DNA from: a virus
Taxonomy: Duplodnaviria > Heunggongvirae > Uroviricota > Caudoviricetes
Length of the DNA: 4,410 bases
Reading direction: 5' to 3' (one strand)
Virus record (IMG/VR): IMGVR_UViG_2724679236_000009
Span: 1-4,410 of that record
In this document: positions 1 through 4,410 of the stretch, piece after piece
How positions within the stretch are numbered: the first letter of the stretch is position 1
How the letters are laid out: each line of letters opens with the position of its first letter
Notes under the pieces: model-generated
Database searches by the model: none
Told to the model about the DNA's origin: nothing
What the model saw: the letters and a program-made list of their open reading frames with translations, nothing else
Program-made: the position numbers and the translations under genes

Positions 1-423
1 ACTGGCTACCTGCATGAGGCTATTTTTTGTTTCGTCCGCTTCCCGGATCCGAAACAGTTTTTCTGCTTCTGCATCTTTCACCCAGGCTGTGCCGTTCCAC
101 TTCTGATATTCCCCTTCCGGGGATAACCAGGTGACATTTTCCGGTAACGGACCAAGTTCAGAAATAAATAACGCGCTCCCTGATTCCACGTTATAAACCG
201 TTTTACCCCGATGATCTTCAACGAGATGCCATGACTCCTCTTCACTGTTGAAAACAGCCACGAAACCAGCCGGAGTATCCGGTGGAGCAATATCCGTAGA
301 ATTAGCTGGCAGACCTGTATGCGGTGGAATATATGCATCACCTTCACCAATAAATTCATTAGTTCCGGCCAGCAGGTTATAGATTTTTATAGTCCGTGAT
401 TGTTCACTCATTCTGAATGCCAT
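1..423 (-). CDS. tfa: Tail fibre assembly protein Tfa (chaperone for side tail fibre), truncated by the window edge: 141 N-terminal codons present, remainder lies beyond position 1
   Basis: Minus-strand ATG at 423..421 opens a frame that runs without stop to position 1. My own translation begins [141 protein letters not shown], which is near-identical over its length to phage lambda Tfa as I recall it. The supplied ORF track misses this gene because it has no stop in the window. SD-like GTGAGG (complement of 432..437) sits 8 nt upstream of the ATG. Position immediately downstream of stf matches lambda gene order. Confidence 0.9.
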   Translation of the reverse strand, partial: MAFRMSEQSRTIKIYNLLAGTNEFIGEGDAYIPPHTGLPANSTDIAPPDTPAGFVAVFNSEEESWHLVEDHRGKTVYNVESGSALFISELGPLPENVTWLSPEGEYQKWNGTAWVKDAEAEKLFRIREADETKNSLMQVAS

Positions 424-3400
424 TATGCAAGCCTCACAATATAGTTAAATGCGATGTTTTTGACGGTGTTTTCCGCGTTACCCGCAGCGTTAACGGTGAT
501 GGTATGTCCATGCGCACCCAATGCCACTGTGTGTGCATGGGCACCAATGCCTACGGTATGGTTATGCTGACCAATATTGACGGTATGAGCGTGAGCCCCG
601 GCAGAGCTTGACACCTGGTTGGTTCCTGATACCTGTACGCGTTGTTTACCACCAACAGAGTCACCACCATAGCGCCCACCGACAGTGTGTGTATGCGCTC
701 CCGTATTGTTTGTCGTTTTTGTGCCGTGGTTAAACGTGCTGACCGTTTTTGTCCCGTAATCAAACGAACTGGTTGTTTTCGTCCCCAAATCCGTACTGGA
801 TGCACTGGCACTGTGGGTGTGAGATTTAATGCCGTCCTGTTCCTGTGACAGAATTTCACGACCACTGACGGGCTTGCCCTTAATCATCCAGCCACGCATA
901 TCAGGGATCACGCCTGACGGATAAGCGACTGCAAGTTTCGGGTATGCAGATTTGTCAAAAGTCTGCCCCTGCATCAGGGCATAACCAGACGGAACGGTAT
1001 CTGATGGCCACGGGATTGGTGCGCCGACTGGGTAGCTTTCTGGTGGAAGATTTTTCGAGGTATAAACTTCTGCCCAGCCTTCCTCAAAACCATAACCGTC
1101 TCTTGAAGAACGGTAGAACAGACCACCATTTCTGTAATGCGCCTTCATCTGCAAGGTCCGGCAACTTCCGACTCCGGTATAGAAGTTAACCAGAATATAG
1201 CTGTCGCCAGAGCGGGTGACATTGTAAGCGCCTGATTCGGCATTCCAGGGAACGCCACCATCCGCATCGGCATATGTATCCGTTGCCCTTCTGGCAAAAG
1301 CAGCCACATGCGCGGCGGTTAAAGTAATATCTTTTGAACCATCAAACTCAACCCCAGAAACCAGTCTTGGCGTTTGCAGCTTTGTTGCTGTCAATGCGTT
1401 ACCGTTCAGACTTGCGGACAGTTTGGTTCCAATAACCAGTTCGCCGGTTGCGTTATCAATAGCAAACGGTCTTAATGCATTCCAGCCACCATAAACATCA
1501 CCTTGATTGGTAAGCAGCAGATAAGTTTTAGCGCCGTCATTTCTCCATAATGCACCATATTCCCCACCTATCATTCGAATCTGATTACCACCACGCGCTA
1601 CAATTTCGTCTGTTGCGAAAAGTTTTTTGCACGACAAGTTATCGTTAACAATTAACGAATGAGATTCGTAAAAACCGCGCCCACTTTTAAAATCAAGGAT
1701 AACGTCAGCTGCGACACATTCTGTCGCCGGATTTATTGCCCCAAACTTATAGGTCGTATCATTAACAACGAGATCAGCACCCGGTGTGGATATTGACAGG
1801 CCATCTTCGATAAACGCAAAAACAGGGAAAGCAGCACCATCAACATAGAACACAGAGCGCAAATCATCGCCCTTATTACTCATCATTATTGAGTGAATGG
1901 CTCGTTCATTGTTTTGATATTGCCAGAACATTCCATAGGCATAACGCCCCCTGTCAGTCCAGCCGCCAGGCATAACGAATCCATTAAACTCACAGTTATT
2001 TAGTGGATCGTTCGCAGTTCGTGTTGCGGTAGTAATAATTACTCTTGATGCCAGCTCGCTTACTGAGCCAGCAGAGCGCATAACAACAACAGGGTAATAT
2101 TTCCCCGGTGTTGCACCTGCCGGAGCATTAACGCGCACATAACGCATACCATGCTTAGCAGCAAAGTCGGTTTTGCTGACCGCATTAATGTTGTTCAGGA
2201 AAGCGCCCTTATCTGGAATATCTTTACCGTTCTGATCTTTCTGCAGACGTTTCTCAGCATTGTCATTGGCTGCTTTTACTGCCTTTGGCGTTGCCGCCAG
2301 TGACTCGGAAGTGCTGTTGGTCGCGTTACTAAGTTTCACAACACCTTTAGTTGTAAGACTTGCGTCTTCCATCGCAACCGCGCCAGCAATCTCTTCAGCA
2401 CGATCAGCGGCAGCTTCTGCACGAGTCGCAGCGGATTCAGCGGCAGTTTTGCTCTGAGATGCAGCCGTCGCACTGCCTGCTGCTTCTGTTGCCTTCGTGG
2501 ATGCCGTTGTGGCGCTGCCCTTTGCTGCTGACGCTTGTCTGGTCGCCTCATCTTTTGAAGCAGACGCCGATGATGCCGATGACGCCGCCGAACTGGCGGA
2601 CGATGCGGCTGCCGCCTTAGAGGAAGCAGCATTGTCTTCTGAAGTCTTTGCATTTGTTTCAGAGGTTTTTGCTGCCGATGCTGAATTTTTAGCAGCTGTA
2701 GCCTGACTCGTCGCCTCAGTCGCTTTTGCGGTAGCTGTTGTCGCTGATGACAATGCGTTTTCCGCAGATTTTCCAGCGGCGGTGGCACTGGCTGAGGCCT
2801 GCCCGGCACTTGTTGACGCGGCACTGGCTGACGACGCAGCCGCTGTTTTTGAGCCTGCCGCAGCTGAGGCACTCTGTTCCGCTGCCGTTTCAGAGGACTT
2901 AGCGTTTGTCTCAGACGTCTTTGCCGCCTTCGCAGAATTTCCTGCTGCCGTTGCCGAAGAAGCTGCACTACTGGCGCTCGAGGCTGCGTTCGTTTCTGAT
3001 GATTTTGCCGCCTCTTTTGAAGCCGCTGCATCCCTGGCTGACGTGGCAGCTTCTGACGCCTTCGTGGTTGCAGTAGATGCAGAAGTGGCCGCAGATTTTT
3101 GTGACGCTACAGCATTCGTTTCTGACGTTTTCGCATTCGTCTCAGACGCCTTTGCCGCCTTCGCAGAATTTCCTGCCGCCGTTGCCGAAGAAGCGGCACT
3201 ACTGGCGCTCAAGGCTGCGTTCGTTTCTGATGATTTTGCCGCCTCTTTTGAGGCTGCGGCATCCCTGGCTGACGTGCTGGCGGCACGTGCTGAATTTCCC
3301 GCATCAGCGGCATGACTCGCCGCCTGATTGGCTGATGCACTGGCATCGCTGGCTGATTTCTTCGCGGCTGCCGTATTCTGTGCAACCGCGGAGGCGTTAC

Positions 3401-3743
3401 GTGACACCTCTTCCACCATCTGCTCAAAGCGACGCAGTGCCTCCGGCCGGACATCATCCTCCGTCATTGCACCGAGGAAATCATTCAGTGTGCCCGGCTT
3501 TGAGTCCTCATACACGGTGATAATCCCGGCATGTGACGGTGGAAATCCCTCCACCAACAGAATGACGCTGTACTGGCCGAACTCAACGTCCATTGTGTAA
3601 CGCCCGGCTTCATCCGGGTTTTCTGAAGCCACCGTGTTCACCACCACCGTGGTGCTGTTACGTCTGGCTTTCAGCTGGATTGTGCAGTTCTGTACCGGTT
3701 TTCCTGTACCGTCTTTCAGTACACCTGAAATCTTTACTGCCAT
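423..3743 (-). CDS. stf: Side tail fibre protein Stf, lambdoid type, intact full-length (~1106 aa from ATG at 3743; the ORF track starts at an in-frame GTG at 3749, two codons upstream)
   Basis: Single 3.3-kb minus-strand ORF with stop TAA at 425..423. N-terminus (M)[35 protein letters not shown]...[33 protein letters not shown] matches the lambda Stf (orf-401) N-terminal domain as recalled. Contains the conserved fibre motif [33 protein letters not shown] (about 2282..2350), a long Ala/Ser/Thr-rich repetitive shaft, and a C-terminal HxH-rich tip ending ...[31 protein letters not shown] at 3743 is preferred over GTG at 3749 because GGGG (complement of 3749..3752) is 5 nt upstream of the ATG and the GTG lies inside that SD-like element. 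Confidence 0.92.
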   Translation of the reverse strand: MAVKISGVLKDGTGKPVQNCTIQLKARRNSTTVVVNTVASENPDEAGRYTMDVEFGQYSVILLVEGFPPSHAGIITVYEDSKPGTLNDFLGAMTEDDVRPEALRRFEQMVEEVSRNASAVAQNTAAAKKSASDASASANQAASHAADAGNSARAASTSARDAAASKEAAKSSETNAALSASSAASSATAAGNSAKAAKASETNAKTSETNAVASQKSAATSASTATTKASEAATSARDAAASKEAAKSSETNAASSASSAASSATAAGNSAKAAKTSETNAKSSETAAEQSASAAAGSKTAAASSASAASTSAGQASASATAAGKSAENALSSATTATAKATEATSQATAAKNSASAAKTSETNAKTSEDNAASSKAAAASSASSAASSASSASASKDEATRQASAAKGSATTASTKATEAAGSATAASQSKTAAESAATRAEAAADRAEEIAGAVAMEDASLTTKGVVKLSNATNSTSESLAATPKAVKAANDNAEKRLQKDQNGKDIPDKGAFLNNINAVSKTDFAAKHGMRYVRVNAPAGATPGKYYPVVVMRSAGSVSELASRVIITTATRTANDPLNNCEFNGFVMPGGWTDRGRYAYGMFWQYQNNERAIHSIMMSNKGDDLRSVFYVDGAAFPVFAFIEDGLSISTPGADLVVNDTTYKFGAINPATECVAADVILDFKSGRGFYESHSLIVNDNLSCKKLFATDEIVARGGNQIRMIGGEYGALWRNDGAKTYLLLTNQGDVYGGWNALRPFAIDNATGELVIGTKLSASLNGNALTATKLQTPRLVSGVEFDGSKDITLTAAHVAAFARRATDTYADADGGVPWNAESGAYNVTRSGDSYILVNFYTGVGSCRTLQMKAHYRNGGLFYRSSRDGYGFEEGWAEVYTSKNLPPESYPVGAPIPWPSDTVPSGYALMQGQTFDKSAYPKLAVAYPSGVIPDMRGWMIKGKPVSGREILSQEQDGIKSHTHSASASSTDLGTKTTSSFDYGTKTVSTFNHGTKTTNNTGAHTHTVGGRYGGDSVGGKQRVQVSGTNQVSSSAGAHAHTVNIGQHNHTVGIGAHAHTVALGAHGHTITVNAAGNAENTVKNIAFNYIVRLA
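432..437 (-). promoter_or_regulatory. Shine-Dalgarno-like element for tfa, embedded in the last codons of stf
   Basis: Minus-strand sequence ...AUUGUGAGGCUUGCAUAAUG: GUGAGG is 8 nt upstream of the tfa ATG, and the stf stop overlaps the tfa start (TAATG). Confidence 0.5.
2902..3045. repeat. Copy A of an in-frame ~144-bp direct repeat inside the stf shaft-coding region
   Basis: 2902..3045 and 3133..3276 align without gaps at about 94% identity (roughly 9 substitutions), offset 231 bp = 77 codons. They encode the duplicated peptide [19 protein letters not shown](A/L)[21 protein letters not shown](A/T)SETNAK. Confidence 0.85.
3133..3276. repeat. Copy B of the in-frame ~144-bp direct repeat inside the stf shaft-coding region
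   Basis: See copy A. Shorter degenerate units encoding K(T/S)SETNA recur around 2620..2700 and 3105..3150. Confidence 0.85.
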
Positions 3744-3746
3744 ACT

Positions 3747-3752
3747 CACCCC
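3747..3752 (-). promoter_or_regulatory. Shine-Dalgarno-like element for stf
   Basis: Minus-strand sequence UUUUUUGUGGGGUGAGUAUG: the GGGGUG run is 3-5 nt upstream of ATG 3743..3741. Confidence 0.45.
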
Positions 3753-3754
3753 AC

Positions 3755-3781
3755 AAAAAAGCCCGCCTGAACCGGCGGGCT
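3755..3781 (-). terminator. Putative Rho-independent terminator downstream of lom, directly abutting the stf ribosome-binding site
   Basis: On the minus strand the RNA would read AGCCCGCC-GGUUCA-GGCGGGCU (8-bp GC-rich stem, 3760..3767 pairing with 3774..3781, 6-nt loop) followed at once by UUUUUU (complement of 3755..3760). On the plus strand the A-run precedes the hairpin, so this is a terminator for minus-strand transcription only. Confidence 0.6.
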
Positions 3782-3807
3782 GTCATAACACTGTGTTACC
3801 TGGCTAA

Positions 3808-4407
3808 TCAGAATTTATAACCGACACCCACGATGAAACCATCAGTGCGCCAGTCACCACTGCCGGAGCCTTCATAAGCAATATCAATGGCCACGGATTC
3901 GGTCGGGTTAAACTGCACGCCAGCCCCCCACGCCAGAGACGTGTTACTGTGGCGACCGTCATCACTTCCGGTCAGCACATCGTGCGTTTTCCCCTTGTTG
4001 TCAGTTACGCGGAGATAATCCCCGGAGAAAGTCGACACACGGCTGTAAGCCACACCCGCCATCGCATACGTGCTGAACCATTCATTCACGCGCACAGATG
4101 GCCCCGCCATCACGCTGAACCAGCGGTTACGCACAGAATCTTCATGCCAGCGGGTATCGCTGTAACGGGTAAGCTGGCGATTCCTGTCTCCTGCATAGCT
4201 GAATGACGTCACCATTCCCAGCGTGTCCGTAAACTCATAACGGTATTTCACGTTAATCCCGTTAAGCTCATCGCTGCCGGAAACGTTCGTCGGGGCATGA
4301 AGATAGCCCGCGCTCAGCGTGGACTGATGTTCAGACGCCCATGCAGGCGCACCGGATACGGCCAGACAGATGGCTGCGGACAAAATGGCTGCACAAACTT
4401 TACGCAT
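3808..4407 (-). CDS. lom: Lom outer membrane protein (Ail/Lom/OmpX-family 8-stranded beta-barrel; lysogenic-conversion type gene), 199 aa, intact
   Basis: ORF with ATG at 4407..4405 and stop TGA at 3810..3808. N-terminal signal peptide [25 protein letters not shown]-terminus ...[24 protein letters not shown] matches the lambda Lom C-terminus as recalled and ends in the terminal Phe typical of outer-membrane beta-barrels. Alternating aromatic/hydrophobic stretches ([31 protein letters not shown]) fit beta-strands. Sits immediately upstream of stf as in lambda (J-lom-stf-tfa). Confidence 0.9.
   Translation of the reverse strand: MRKVCAAILSAAICLAVSGAPAWASEHQSTLSAGYLHAPTNVSGSDELNGINVKYRYEFTDTLGMVTSFSYAGDRNRQLTRYSDTRWHEDSVRNRWFSVMAGPSVRVNEWFSTYAMAGVAYSRVSTFSGDYLRVTDNKGKTHDVLTGSDDGRHSNTSLAWGAGVQFNPTESVAIDIAYEGSGSGDWRTDGFIVGVGYKF
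4336..4407 (-). other. Predicted Sec signal peptide of Lom (24 aa, predicted cleavage after AWA)
   Basis: N-terminal MRK (positive n-region), hydrophobic core [16 protein letters not shown], then A-x-A motif (AWA) before SEHQ. Called by eye only. Confidence 0.6.
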
Positions 4408-4410
4408 AAT

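Noticed and set aside
78-359. 93-aa minus-strand ORF ([15 protein letters not shown]...)
   Set aside because: It lies entirely inside the tfa coding region in a different frame. The in-frame tfa translation is a clear lambda Tfa match, while this ORF is Leu/Arg/Ile-rich with no recognisable features.
611-640. TTCCTG-containing segment checked as a possible Gin/Cin/Pin-type invertase crossover site in the stf C-terminal region
   Set aside because: Only one half-site-like hexamer is present. The opposing half does not resemble the inverted-repeat half-site of gix/hix-type sites as I recall them, and no invertase gene is in the window. This does not exclude an invertible segment beyond position 1.
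417-1189. Small ORFs overlapping the stf 3' end (417..611 +, 551..865 -, 642..848 +, 944..1189 +)
   Set aside because: All lie inside the well-supported stf reading frame region on other frames or the opposite strand. Cys/His/Arg-rich compositions are typical of out-of-frame translation.
2336-3031. 231-aa Arg/Gln-rich minus-strand ORF in an alternate frame of stf
   Set aside because: Frame-shadow of the GC-rich, repetitive Ala/Ser codon region of stf. The composition (poly R/Q/L/P) is what an off-frame reading of GCN/TCN repeats produces, and it has no start context of its own.
2600-3300. Repeats considered as a CRISPR array or DGR template/variable repeat pair
   Set aside because: The repeats are 144 bp, in-frame within a coding region, and lack the short repeat/unique-spacer periodicity of CRISPR. 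Substitutions between copies are not adenine-specific, both copies are mid-gene rather than at the C-terminal tip, and no reverse transcriptase is present in the window.
2260-3600. Plus-strand ORFs of 65-177 aa (2260..2457, 2360..2620, 2497..2706, 2782..3315, 3077..3520, 3328..3600), several Ala-rich or Pro-rich
   Set aside because: Antisense shadows of the stf low-complexity region; open frames are expected opposite GCN-rich coding sequence. No SD or start context and no recognisable protein features.
3755-3781. Hairpin considered as a plus-strand terminator
   Set aside because: On the plus strand the A-run precedes rather than follows the stem, and no T-tract follows, so it is oriented to terminate minus-strand transcription only.
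3593-4206. Plus-strand ORFs 3593..3820 and 3949..4206, and minus ORF 3209..3457
   Set aside because: Overlap the stf N-terminus or lom on the wrong strand or frame; no independent support.

Overview
The window is a lambdoid (lambda-like) phage or prophage tail-fibre module, most likely from an enterobacterial host, with all three genes on the minus strand in the lambda order lom -> stf -> tfa. I do not see an undescribed system here; the interesting points are structural details of a known module. Lom (3808..4407) is an intact Ail/Lom-family outer-membrane beta-barrel with a signal peptide. Stf (423..3743) is an intact, unusually long (~1106 aa) side tail fibre, with a lambda-like N-terminus, a long Ala/Ser/Thr-rich repetitive shaft, and a His-x-His-rich C-terminal tip. 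Tfa (1..423) is the tail-fibre assembly chaperone, cut off by the window edge after 141 codons. A hairpin plus U-tract between lom and stf looks like an intrinsic terminator, and stf/tfa overlap as TAATG. All plus-strand ORFs and the alternate-frame minus-strand ORFs in the track are shadows of these three genes. Family assignments rest on recalled similarity to lambda Lom, Stf (orf-401/orf-314) and Tfa; no database search was possible.
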